Source: Azolla caroliniana
Taxonomy: Eukaryota > Plantae > Polypodiophyta
DNA: 64,000 bases
Assembly (NCBI GenBank): GCA_043228905.1
Contig: JBHGNT010000011.1
Location: 13,206,001-13,270,000 of the forward strand
Direction of reading: 5' to 3'
Of this stretch, positions 50,049-61,100 are shown piece after piece (positions within the stretch are counted from its first letter, which is position 1; each line of letters opens with the position of its first letter). The notes below the pieces were generated by a model that was given only the letters and a program-made list of their open reading frames with translations, made no database searches and was not told where the DNA came from. The position numbers were made by a program, and so were the translations under genes.

Positions 50049-52559
50049 TTCTCCTCGTCGCCGCCTTCACGTCGGGTTCACCAAATGTGTCGGGGTAGTT
50101 GTGGTTCGTGCGGCGAAGTCGCGGGGACTAAGGTCAAGGGGAGTTGAAGAAACTTAACTTTTAATAAGGCTTGTATGGTGATGATAGAATGGTTAAGGAT
50201 AGTAAGACGAAGAGTTACGAGTAATGTGTGTGTGTGAGAGAGATGAGAATAGATAGAAGATAGAGACAATATATGATTCAAGAAAGAAGATTGAGACAAA
50301 GTATGATTCTAGAAAGAAGATTGAGACAAAGTATGATTCTAGAAAGAAGATTGAGACAAAGTATGATTCAAAGAACAAGAGTATATGATATAAACATGAT
50401 GTATATTAACAATATAATATTTTACCAACTTTACAATCCTCGATCGCAAACTGAACACATTCTCTATCGACCCTTGATTTGAACCCTCGACCTCAACTTC
50501 GAAACGAGAGGTTCTCCACCCACCCAATGAGCTAGTCTTCTTCAATTGATTGTATTATTTTCTCACTCTCTCTTGATTCCTTTCCCTATTTTCCCCCTTG
50601 ATCCATCCCTTAATTCCTTGCCTCTCTTTATAGGTTCTCTCATGCATATGATGATATGGGGGTGCATGGCATGCATGTGATGCATGATTGCCATTTGGCG
50701 CACATGCTTTACATGTGATGCATGATAGCCATCATGCTCATCTAAGCTCTAATGTATGAAGATACACATGTCATAAGTATTGTGATAAAAATATAACTAT
50801 AGAAAATAACTTATCCTAATGGTATATGCTTCATCCTTGGTGTGTGAGGTTACGGGTTCAAGTCTCTCAAATGTTACTTAATACAATATTCAAGTTTATT
50901 TTTATATCGTGAAGCAAATCCTTCACGACACCGGTGCCCTATGCCAGCCGGATTTCGTAAACTTGGGTCCGACGCGACCCCTTTTATCCGCTCCTCGCTG
51001 CCCTCCGGCAAGGGTGCCGCGACTAGCCTCACCTTCTGGTCCACAGTCTTGTATTTTGTATCCACACGGGCCGTCCGATCCGACCCGATCCTTTCCCTGA
51101 AGTCCGCAATGACTTCGTACATTCCCATTGACCCTACCGGAACGGTCCGGTCTTCCCTACGGTCTTCACCGATCACCTTTCGTAGTTCGCCCAAGATGTT
51201 GTCAAAAGAGACCGCCTCCACGGTGCCGCTGATGTCCTCGTCGGGGAAGAGGACTCCGCATCCCCTGAGCTGCTCCTCCGCTCGCTTCCTCTCCCTGCCG
51301 CTGACACTGGTTATAGTACAACCTCCGCTGTCGGAGAGCCAAAATTTCCTACCTATGGTACAGGTCTTCTTCCATACTGTACATTTGTGGGGTCCTTCCC
51401 AGGTGTCCGGACTATCGCGGCCCCACGCCTTGATAGCCCCCTCTAAAAATCCCCTCGGGTTTCGCTGCCGAGGGCCTCGCGGTTACGCTCGTGGTTTGGT
51501 CGCACCGTTAGGAACTAGACCGAGTGACGCCCGTCCTGGCTCTTGACTCTTGCATAGGCTGAACCGTTGTCCAACACCTTGGTCTCCATCCGTGCCGCCG
51601 TGATATGTGGTTCTCCCAGTATAACTGGATGCGAGGACGTCTCCTGCACAAAGAAGTGTTGGTCGATCTCGACATCGCCGATTTTCACCCGTACGTTGTC
51701 GAGATATTTCGCAAGTGCGTGTGGAAACGAGGCGGGACCGCGGGGGTCTCGAACCAAAGAGCAAGCGAGGGAGGAGAAAGAGAGAGAACCGGCTACGCAG
51801 GACCGGGGATACATAGGGACACGGCCCTTCAGCACGGAGAACGCGAACAGACACCGACACAAACAGATGCGAATGACTAAATATGTATATTAACAAAAAT
51901 GGCTAACACGACTACAACCCTCGATGGGGCACAGGTTGGTTACAACCGAACAAGCCGGCGAACAGATGCCGATGCTTGTTCGCTTCGACGCGCAAAGGGG
52001 TAGCAGGTCGGAGGTGCTGCCGGAAGCACTCGGGCGTTCCTCTAAACAGCGCGAGCCTCCTCGGAACCCTGCACAGAAAGCTATGGAGCTCAAGGAGGAA
52101 GGAAACAGAGAGAGAAGCGTCCAGAAACGGTCCGACAGCACTTCGTCCTCTCTGCGCGAGATGCCTGCAACAGCTCTTTCCTGCTCCTTATATAGGCCGA
52201 CGAGCAGGCCGTCATGTCAGCTTTATTCCCTGTCCCTTTCGAACAGGGATCCGCTCCGTTCTTCACGCATCCGCGTAGTTACGCCGCCGACTCGTACAGT
52301 TCCTTAGCTCGCGCGCGCGACCGAAAAGACTGTTCGCGCGGTCTTTGTCTCCACTTGTGTTAGGGCCCGTTCCTGCCGATTATCCTGCTAATTCGCTTCT
52401 ATGTACAACTTGGAGCGTGCGCGCGTGAAGAACCGGTTCCCACGCCTTGGTGCGCCGATTCCGCTTATGGACGGTTTTCTTCACGACATCCGCCCCCACC
52501 TAACCGCGCATCCTCCGGTATGCGCCAAGAGAGTTGGGACGGAGAAAACCGGCCCATCT

Positions 52560-55500
52560 TCATTCCTCGCCCGTCGGTTCTTCCTCGTTTTCGGATCGTT
52601 CGTCACTGCTGACTAGGAGAGCCGGGTCTGGCTCGTCGTCGTGTGGCTTCTTGAACGCTTTGATCCGCTTCCCTGCAACCGGTATCACCATTCTCGTGCC
52701 GTCGAGTTCCGCCAGGTGATATGTCCCGTTGTCATTGGCGCTCCGTACCACGTAAGGCCCGAACCACCTTCGTGCGAACTTCCGTGTAGCTCGGTGCTGG
52801 TTGTCGAGGCTGCTGTCGTAGACAAGCACCCAGTCACCTTCTTCGATTTTCTTCGGTCGGAGCCGGTGCGTTCGGTCGAACCTGGCTTTGTTCTTCGTCC
52901 TCGCCACTCGGAGCTTCTCCGCAGCCAGTTCCACGTCCTCCGGTCTCCGCTCGAGCTGTCGTATACGCGCGGCCAACAACTCCTCCCGGCTCATCTCGTC
53001 CCTCCAATCGACCGTTGCCCACGAGGAGATCGTCCGTTCCATCGGCATGATCAGCTTCTGGCCGAACATAAGCTCCGTCGGCATGTACCCGGTTACCGAA
53101 CTGTGCGTAGTCCAGTCTGCCCACAAAGCATAAGGTAGCAGCCGCGGCCAGTTACCGACTCGGCCTCCACATGCCCGAACCAACGCCTTGACGATCGGTC
53201 CGTGTCCGCGCTCCACCTTTCCATTCGCCTCCGGATTGTACGCAGTGGTGAGCGAGAGCTTGACTCCCAGCCGGTCGAACAGCTCCGCGGCTTCTTCGGC
53301 GTCCAACTCCCCTCGGTCAGCCACGATCTTCCCGACGCACCCGTACCGGCATATCACGTCCTCGATTAGGAACCGACATACGGCCGCGGTCGTTTTGTTC
53401 GGAAGGGCCCGGCCTTCCACCTGGTTCGTCAGATCCTCCCGCGCTAGGACCAGGTACCGCATCTGTCCTACTCCCATTGGCATCGTTACCAGATCTACCA
53501 TCCATTTGAAATGGATGGCCGGAGGGTACGTAGGGTGAAGCTCGTCTCGATGTCGGACTATGGAGTGCATCTGACAGCTCTCGCAAGTTGTCACGAACCG
53601 ATGCACGTCCTGGTACTGCCCCGGCCACCAATACTTCCCCTTCAGTTTCTCAAACGTATCCCATGTTCCACGGTGTCCAGCCCAAGGGCTGTCCTGGTAG
53701 GCCGCTAGCAGCTCCTCCTGATCTTCCTTCATTGCCACCACCCGGAGCGGGACGCCGTTCCTCTTCTTCGGGTGCTTCCACAAGTATCCCTCCCGGAGAA
53801 AGAACCGGTACGCTTTCTTCCGGATCCGGTTGGCCTCGTCCTTCGTCCATGACGCATCGGGTGTCATTGTCTTCAAAAACCCACCGATCTGCAGCCACTC
53901 CCCGTCGTACTTGCTCGCGTCGAAGTCGCTAAGCGCCGGAGTGCTTGTTCCGTCGGTTGTTACAAACGCAGTCTCGAAGAAGTCCACGCCGACCTCTTCG
54001 TCCTCCGAAACCATGCCGCCCTCGTCATCGAATCTCGCCCTTGAAAGCATGTCGGCTATGGCGTTGTCTTTCCCGGAAATGTGTCGTATTTCCGGGTCCA
54101 GGGACTTGATGTACGCTATCCACCTGAGCATTGCCAAGTCTGGCGTCGCGCATCCGGAAACCATGCCGAGAATCGGCATGCAATCCGTCTCTATGATTAC
54201 CTCTGTCCCGATCAGATAGTCCTTGTCAGCCTTCACCGCCGAAACGATACCCCAGAGTTCGCGTTTAACCTGGGCGTATCCTCGCTGCCGCTCACTGAGG
54301 ACCTTCGCGCCGAATCGGATCGGAAACCGATTGCCGTCCTCGTCTTCTTGGTTGACGACCCACCCGATTCCGGTCGGACTTGTGTCAACCGTTATGTACA
54401 CTGGGGTGCCCTTCCTGTAGACGGCCTTTCGGAGCGCCGGTGCTGCCGAAAGAGCCTCCTTCAGCTTCCGGACCGACTCCGTGTGCTTGTCTAGCCATTC
54501 GAATCTTCGCCCTTTCTTCAATAATCCGTATAGCGGCTCCGCAACATGGGCGTAATGCGGGATCCATATGTGGTAGAATGCGCATGCCCCCAGGAATCTC
54601 CGTACTTCCGTGACCGAGCTGCAGTCGGGCTTCATCGCGGAGATGGCTTCTACCTTTGCCGGAGACGGTTTCCGGCCATATGGCCCACATAAGTGTCCGA
54701 CCACCATGATTTCCGACTGCCCGAAGGCTGATTTCTCCCCCGAGAAGGTGAGCCTCGCATCCTCTAGCTTTTGCAGCACCTTCTCGCAGTCGTCGATGTG
54801 CGTCATCACGAATCGCCGGCATCCGTCCGGCCCGATCGTCTCGTCCTTCTCTTCTACCGGGCATCCCTTGATCGGGATGTCGTCTAGAAACGGCATGGTG
54901 ATGTCCGGGATGCAGTCCCTCAGCACCTTGTTCATTGCATTCACCATGTGGGCCACCGAGTTGGTCCCTCCTTGCGGCAGCGTACACATCCGCACTAGGC
55001 CGAGGGGAGTTCGCATCGTCGTAATGTCTCTGCTCTCCACGGCTAGCTGGAACTGGTCGTACCCTGAGTATAGATCACCGACCGAGTAAATCGACCTTCC
55101 GGCGAAGGCCTCCGCGAACTCGTCTATGGTCGGTCTGATCCCTGCGTTCCGAATGGTCACTCTATTGACCGGCTGCAGGTCCTGAATGAAGCGCAACGAT
55201 CCGTTTTTCTTTGGTACGGTAAACCATCGGTTTGAATACGGGGCGCTCGACGGCTCGAGAATGCCCATATCAACTTTCTGCTTCAGCAGCTCCATCAACT
55301 TCGGGATGTGAGCTCTCGGAACCGGAATTGGCTTGAGATTCCACGGTACATGCGGTACCGTGAATATCACCATCGGCTCTACGATCGTCGGGTCTACGCA
55401 CCCGATTTCCTCCGGTGAGAATGCGAAGGCTTTCCCGTGCCTTCCGAGCATTCTCCGAAACCGATCTTCCTCCGCCGGTAGTAGGAACCCGCCCCCACCG

Positions 55501-56042
55501 ATTTTGAGCTCCCGGAGCGTCTCGTTGGTGAAGGTGTGTCCTATGCAGGCCGGATCTCGTAAGCTGGGGTCCGATGCAACCCCTCTGATTCGCGACTCGC
55601 TGCCCTCCGGTAAGGGCGCCGCAACTGGCCTCACCTTCCGGTCCACAGTCTTGTACTTGGTGCTAACTCGGGCCGTCCGTTCCGACTCGAGCCCTCGACC
55701 GAAGTCCGCGATGACTTCGTACATTTCTTTTGAACATACCGGTATCGTCCTGTCTTCGTTAAGGTCTTCTTCGACTACCTTCCCCAGCATTCCCAAGGTG
55801 TCGTCGAAGGAGACTGCCTCCACGGCTCCGTTTATTTCTTCGTCAGGGCCCAGAACTCCGCACGCTCGAAGTCTCCCCTCCGTCTTTGTTTTCTCTCGGC
55901 TGGCGATGCCGACCATCGTACATGCTCCGCTGTCGGAGAAGCAAAATTTCCTACCTATTGTACACGGTTTTATCGTACAGATGTGGGGTTTTCCCAGAGC
56001 ATCCGGACTGTCGCGGCCCCACGCCTTGGCAGTCCTCTCTAA
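52560..56042 (-). CDS. pol: B pol (RT-RNase H-integrase), open from the -1 frameshift site
   Basis: 1118-aa ORF extends open upstream to 56042; FLDD, RNase H, integrase and FGPY motifs; no chromodomain. Confidence 0.94.
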   Translation of the reverse strand, partial: LERTAKAWGRDSPDALGKPHICTIKPCTIGRKFCFSDSGACTMVGIASREKTKTEGRLRACGVLGPDEEINGAVEAVSFDDTLGMLGKVVEEDLNEDRTIPVCSKEMYEVIADFGRGLESERTARVSTKYKTVDRKVRPVAAPLPEGSESRIRGVASDPSLRDPACIGHTFTNETLRELKIGGGGFLLPAEEDRFRRMLGRHGKAFAFSPEEIGCVDPTIVEPMVIFTVPHVPWNLKPIPVPRAHIPKLMELLKQKVDMGILEPSSAPYSNRWFTVPKKNGSLRFIQDLQPVNRVTIRNAGIRPTIDEFAEAFAGRSIYSVGDLYSGYDQFQLAVESRDITTMRTPLGLVRMCTLPQGGTNSVAHMVNAMNKVLRDCIPDITMPFLDDIPIKGCPVEEKDETIGPDGCRRFVMTHIDDCEKVLQKLEDARLTFSGEKSAFGQSEIMVVGHLCGPYGRKPSPAKVEAISAMKPDCSSVTEVRRFLGACAFYHIWIPHYAHVAEPLYGLLKKGRRFEWLDKHTESVRKLKEALSAAPALRKAVYRKGTPVYITVDTSPTGIGWVVNQEDEDGNRFPIRFGAKVLSERQRGYAQVKRELWGIVSAVKADKDYLIGTEVIIETDCMPILGMVSGCATPDLAMLRWIAYIKSLDPEIRHISGKDNAIADMLSRARFDDEGGMVSEDEEVGVDFFETAFVTTDGTSTPALSDFDASKYDGEWLQIGGFLKTMTPDASWTKDEANRIRKKAYRFFLREGYLWKHPKKRNGVPLRVVAMKEDQEELLAAYQDSPWAGHRGTWDTFEKLKGKYWWPGQYQDVHRFVTTCESCQMHSIVRHRDELHPTYPPAIHFKWMVDLVTMPMGVGQMRYLVLAREDLTNQVEGRALPNKTTAAVCRFLIEDVICRYGCVGKIVADRGELDAEEAAELFDRLGVKLSLTTAYNPEANGKVERGHGPIVKALVRACGGRVGNWPRLLPYALWADWTTHSSVTGYMPTELMFGQKLIMPMERTISSWATVDWRDEMSREELLAARIRQLERRPEDVELAAEKLRVARTKNKARFDRTHRLRPKKIEEGDWVLVYDSSLDNQHRATRKFARRWFGPYVVRSANDNGTYHLAELDGTRMVIPVAGKRIKAFKKPHDDEPDPALLVSSDERSENEEEPTGEE

Positions 56043-56048
56043 AAATCC
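55983..56048 (-). promoter_or_regulatory. Predicted -1 ribosomal frameshift signal (also 32433-32498, 43796-43860, 51387-51452)
   Basis: G GAT TTT TAG, spacer, stem GGACTG/CAGTCC, loop GTGGGG complementary to downstream CCCCAC; pol in the -1 frame in all four elements. Confidence 0.8.
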
Positions 56049-58165
56049 TCTCGGTTTTCGGAACCGAGGGAGTCGCGGTTACGTTCGTGGTTCGGTCGTA
56101 CCGTCAGAAACTGGACCGAATGGCGCCCGTCTTGGCTTTTGACCCTCGCGTAGGCCGAACCATTGTCCAGCACCTTGGTCTCCATTCGCGCCGCCGTGAT
56201 GTACGGCTCTCCCAGTATGACCGGATGCGAAGACGTCTCCTGCACGAAGAAGTGCTGGTCAATCTCGACGTCGCCGATCTTGACTCGCACATTCGGACAG
56301 GCCCCGTGCAGTTCCTCGGTGGCGCGCGTTGCTGCCCTTATTTTCCACCCGTGCTTGGTGTTGATCGGCCATTTGCCCTTCTTATAGAAGTCCATGGACA
56401 TCAAATTGATCTCCGATCCGTGGTCCACCAAAGCTATCACCGGTTCCTGGACATCGCCGATCTTCACCGGGGTTTCCGTGGTCGCTCGGGCCCAGTGTGG
56501 TCTGGAATAGTGGCTTTCCGCCCACTCGTCTCCCAGCGTCATGTCGTCTAGGTGCGTCGTCCGCACTTCCACCGGTCTTTCCGGTTCTGTCTCCGTTGAC
56601 AGCCTCTTCCGTTTCACCAAGTCCACGATGGAGTCGTGGAACTCCTTCTTGGCGATTCCCAGCACCTCTCGTAACGACAGTTCCACCTTGCTGTCGAGGA
56701 TCCGTTCCTCCAGGACCTTTCGTAAGTCCGTGGTCCTTTCTATCTCCGTCCCCAGACGGTACCCGCCCTTCTGGGGTTTATCTTGCGTACCGGCCCCGCC
56801 GGCTTCGTCCCGTCGTGGCCCGGACCGGGTCTCGTATCGTTGTGAGGGCCCGGTCGTCCCGGGTTTCCCCACCCGCTTCTCTTCTACCAGAGCCTCGTAG
56901 TTCTGGCAAGCGGCTTCCACGAAGCCCGTCTTTTCCTCGACCGGGTCGCTCCACCCGGTCATCTCCCGTACCCGTTTCTCCGCACGGTCCGATTCCTCCC
57001 TTTTAAGCCTCGCACCGGCAAGGCCTTCCAGCATCGTCGGCCAGAATCCGGCTTTGCTTTCCCTTCGGGCCTCGCCGCCCCCGACTCGAATGCCGGCCGA
57101 CGCCGAGTAGTGGACGGTTTCCGCGTGTCGGGCCGCCGCCTCTTCCATCAACCTTTTCATACCACCTCGCCCGTCGTTTCGGCTCAGGGCCCTTCGCGTG
57201 TCGCTGGCATGCACCCGTCCTTCCCACAGGTACACCACCCTGTTCCTCAGCGCCTCCGCGAAGTCGCCGCAGTCCTTCCGAATGTGGCCGACTTCATCGC
57301 ACCACATGCACCTGTTTCCTGCCGCCGGCCGTCGGTCACGAGCCGGTTCGCCACCTTCCCTTCGGGCTTGCGCAATTTGGAGGTCTTTTATCGCCCTCGT
57401 CAATTCCTCCAGCGCCGCTCCTCCGGTTGAGCCTCTGACTACGCCGGTCGAAGCCGAACCGGTTTCCAACCACTCTCGGGTCTCTTCCTTTCGCACCTGT
57501 GGCGCTGGTTCGAGCTTCCTTGCTGCGACCGAGCCCGACCCGGTTGCCCCGTTATCCGCCCATTCTCGCCGTTTGTCGAAACGGCCACAGACTTTCTTGA
57601 CAGCCGCCCAGTCGGTAGTGAGCCCGTCTTCGGTTTCCAGCAAGAGGCCCACTTGCTCCCGATCCCGCTCGTCGACCGACTTGACAAACAGCAAGACCCG
57701 GCTCGTGTCCAGGATGGTTCGGTCGAGCGCGGAAAGGCGCGCAAAGTTTTCCTCAAACTCCCGGAGGAGTGCCGACGCGTTTCTTCCCTTCCCCGGGGAC
57801 TCCACCCATTCCATGAACCTTCGCTTCGAAAGCCGGAGCGCGTCGTCCAGCCCGTATTTCTCTAGGAGCCGACCTTCGAACTCCTCCCAGGTACGGCTCT
57901 CCGCCCGCACCTCGAGCACCTCCGCATGGATGCTCGGCATCGCCACTCGGGGAAATCCGGCAAGACGCCTTTCTTCCGGAATGTCCCGCATCAGCATCTC
58001 TGCACCGTAGGACGCCAAATACTTCGTGGCATCCTTCCCATCGAACCGGCCGATCGTGCCGACGACCGCCTCAATAGCTCTGTCAAGGGCACCGGTGCCC
58101 TCGCACGCGTTTACAATCCGATCCACGGCCGAAGCCATGGCCTCTGCAAGATCCGACCCCCTCAT
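56039..58165 (-). CDS. gag: B Gag-protease (708 aa)
   Basis: First ATG after the PBS (MRGSDLAEAM); CMWCDEVGHIRKDC; ALVDHGSEIN. Confidence 0.93.
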   Translation of the reverse strand: MRGSDLAEAMASAVDRIVNACEGTGALDRAIEAVVGTIGRFDGKDATKYLASYGAEMLMRDIPEERRLAGFPRVAMPSIHAEVLEVRAESRTWEEFEGRLLEKYGLDDALRLSKRRFMEWVESPGKGRNASALLREFEENFARLSALDRTILDTSRVLLFVKSVDERDREQVGLLLETEDGLTTDWAAVKKVCGRFDKRREWADNGATGSGSVAARKLEPAPQVRKEETREWLETGSASTGVVRGSTGGAALEELTRAIKDLQIAQARREGGEPARDRRPAAGNRCMWCDEVGHIRKDCGDFAEALRNRVVYLWEGRVHASDTRRALSRNDGRGGMKRLMEEAAARHAETVHYSASAGIRVGGGEARRESKAGFWPTMLEGLAGARLKREESDRAEKRVREMTGWSDPVEEKTGFVEAACQNYEALVEEKRVGKPGTTGPSQRYETRSGPRRDEAGGAGTQDKPQKGGYRLGTEIERTTDLRKVLEERILDSKVELSLREVLGIAKKEFHDSIVDLVKRKRLSTETEPERPVEVRTTHLDDMTLGDEWAESHYSRPHWARATTETPVKIGDVQEPVIALVDHGSEINLMSMDFYKKGKWPINTKHGWKIRAATRATEELHGACPNVRVKIGDVEIDQHFFVQETSSHPVILGEPYITAARMETKVLDNGSAYARVKSQDGRHSVQFLTVRPNHERNRDSLGSENREDF

Positions 58166-61100
58166 CTTTTGCTCTTCTGCCGCCTCCTTCACGTCGGGTT
58201 CACCAAAGATGTCGAGATATTTCGCAAGTGCATGTGGAAACGAGGCGGGACCGCGGGGGTCTCGAACCAAAGAGCAAGCGAGGGAGGAGAAAGAGAGAGA
58301 ACCGGATACGCAGGACCGGGGATACACAGGGACACGGCCCTTCAGCACGGAGAACGCGAACAGACACCGACACAGACAGATGCGAATGACTAAATATGTA
58401 TATTAACAAAAATGGCTAACACGACTACAACCCTCGATGGGGCACAGGTTGGTTACAACCGAACAAGCCGGCGAACAGATGTCGATGCTTGTTCGCTTCG
58501 ACGCGCAAAGGGGTAGCAGGTCGGAGGTGCTGCCGGAAGCACTCGGGCGTTCCTCTAAACAGCGCGAGCCTCCTCGGAACCCTGCACAGAAAGCTATGGA
58601 GCTCAAGGAGGAAGGAAACAGAGAGAGAAGCGTCCAGAAACGGTCCGACAGCACTTCGTCCTCTCTGCGCGAGATGCCTGCAACAGCTCTTTCCTGCTCC
58701 TTATATAGGCCGACGAGCAGGCCGTCATGTCAGCTTTATTCCCTGTCCCTTTCGAACAGGGATCCGCTCCGTTCTTCACGCATCCGCGTAGTTACGCCGC
58801 CGACTCGTACAGTTCCTTAGCTCGCGCGCGCGACCGAAAAGACTGTTCGCGCGGTCTTTGTCTCCACTTGTGTTAGGGCCCGTTCCTGCCGATTATCCTC
58901 CTAATTCGCTTCTATGTACAACTTGGAGCGTGCGCGCGTGAAGAACCGGTTCCCACGCCTTGGTGCGCCGATTCCGCTTATGGACGGTTTTCTTCACGAC
59001 AACGTTCGGACAGGCCCCATGTAGTTCTTCTGTTGCGCGCATCGTTGCCCGTATCTTCCAGCCAGGCTTGGTGTTGATCGGCCACTTACCCTTCTTGTAG
59101 AAATCCATGGACATCAGGTTGATTTCGGATCCATGGTCTACCAACGCCACCACCGGTTCCAGAACGTTGCCGATCCGTACAGGGGTTTCCGTAGTCGCCC
59201 TGGCCCAATGAGGCTTCGTGTAGTGGCTTCCCGCCAACTCATCTTCCAGGGCTCCGTCTTCCAGGTGCATGGTCCGCACTTCCACGGGCTTCTCCGGTTC
59301 CGGCTCCATCGAGAGCCTCTTCCGCTTCACCAAGTCTACAATAGAGTCGTGGAACTCCCTCTTGGCGATTCCCAGCACCTCCCGCAATGACAGCTCCACT
59401 TTACTGTCGAGGATTCGCTCTTCAAGGACCTTCCGTAGGTCCGTTGCTCTCTCGATTTCGGTGCTCAACCGAAACCCCGCTTGCTTCTTCCCATCCGGCA
59501 CGCCTGGGTTGCCGGCATCGGTCGGTTTCGGCCCGAACCGGGTCTCATACCTCGGGGCCCCAACCCCTCCGGCCTTTCCTACCCGTTTGTCCTCCACCAG
59601 AACCTCGTAGTTCTGGCAAGTGGCTTCTACGAAGCCCGTTTTCTCTTCCACCGGATCGTCCCAACCGGTGACCTCCTGGACCCGTTGTTCCGCGCGGTCC
59701 GCCTCTTCCTTCCTCAGCCGAACTCCGGAGAGGCCTTTTAGCACTAGCGGCCAGAATCCGGAGTCCTTCACCTTCCGGGTCTCATCACCCCCGACCCGAA
59801 TTCCTGTCGACACTAAGTAGTTAACGGCTTCGACGTGCCGTGCCGCGGCCTCTTCCATCAACCTCTTCATTCCGTCGCGCCCCGTATTCAGTTCCAGGGC
59901 TCTCCGGGTCTCGCTCGCGTGCACCCGCCCGTTCCAGAGGTACACCACGTTGGTCCTGAGCGCATCGGTGAAATCCGTGCAATCCTTCCGAATGTGACCG
60001 ATCGTGTCACACCACATGCACCGCTGCCCAGCCGGCGGCCTCCGGTCGCGAGGTGGTTCACCGTTGTCTCTCTGTGCCTGTGCGATCTGTAGGTCGCGCA
60101 CCATCTACGTTAGCTCCTCCAGAGCCGCTCCTCCGGATGGGCCTCTGACCACGTCGCTCGATGCCGACCAAGACTCCGACCAGATTCGGGTCTCTTCCTT
60201 CCTCCCAGCCGGCACCGAAACCGGCTCCTCGAGCCTTCTCCCCAAGACCGACCCCGACCCCGACGTGCTTCCGTCGCTCCAATCGCGTCGTTTGTCAAAA
60301 TGGCTGCAGACCCGTTTTACCACGGCCCAATCCGTCGTGAGCCCTTCGTCCGTCTCCAATAGGGGACCCACCTTTTCCCTGTCGAGCGCATCCACCGACT
60401 TGACAAACAGCAGCACTCGACTTGTTTCGAGCACCGTCCGGTCCAGCGTCGACTGCCATGGGAACCATTTTTCGAACTCCTGGAGGAGCACCGACGTGTT
60501 CCTCCCTTTTCCAGGGCTTTCCACCCACGCCATGAAGTCCTGTCTCAACAGCCGGAGCGAGTCGTCAAACCCGTACTTCTCGAGGAGCTACAGCTCGAAC
60601 TCCTCCCAAGCCTGGCATCCGGCCAGCACCTCGAGCACCTCCGCATGGATGCCCGGCGTCACCACCCGAGGGAATCCAGACAGCCGCCTATCCACCGGGA
60701 TATCCCTCATGATCATTTCGGCCCGGTAAGCCTCCAAATAACTTGTGGCGTCTTTCCCTCCGAAACGGCCTATAGAGCCGACGATCGATTCAATGGCTCT
60801 GTCAAGGGTACCCATTCCCTCACGAGCGCTCACCAGCCGGTCGACGGCCACCGCCATTGCCTCTGCTAGCTCCGATCCCCTCATCTTTCAACTCCTTTGC
60901 CGCCTTCTTCACGTCGGGTTCACCAAATATGTCGCGTTGTTACGCGCGTACGTGTAGAAAGGGGCAGGACCACGGGGGTCTTGGACCGAGGAGCGAGAGA
61001 TAAAGAGACAAAGAGAGAGATCCACAGACACGTAGAAGCGAGAAAAGAGATATAGAACGTGACACTTAATTATAATGACAAGAGATTGCAAGCTCCGACA

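Larger units (their letters stand above)
39449..50930 (-). mobile_element. Composite gypsy E: autonomous E1 (39449-46959), 160-bp PBS/gag stub, non-autonomous E2 (47122-50930)
   Basis: Four LTRs: type a 39449-40403 and 46005-46959 (955 bp), type b 47122-47964 and 50088-50930 (843 bp); one CCGG TSD around the whole; three Trp PBSs. Confidence 0.95.
51697..59001 (-). mobile_element. Intact Ty3/gypsy element B inserted in the protease of D
   Basis: 792-bp LTRs 51697-52488 and 58210-59001 (about 6 substitutions seen); TSD ACGT; Trp PBS 58189-58205; PPT GGTGGGGGCGGA. Confidence 0.96.

Noticed and set aside
55333-58010. Long plus-strand ORFs (269, 221, 270 aa and equivalents in A and D)
   Set aside because: Antisense shadows of GC-rich gag and pol; no recognisable motifs
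58166-58348. N-terminal extension of B Gag (and of the copia ORF from 20251)
   Set aside because: Non-ATG starts inside the LTR running across the PBS; homologues start at the ATG after the PBS
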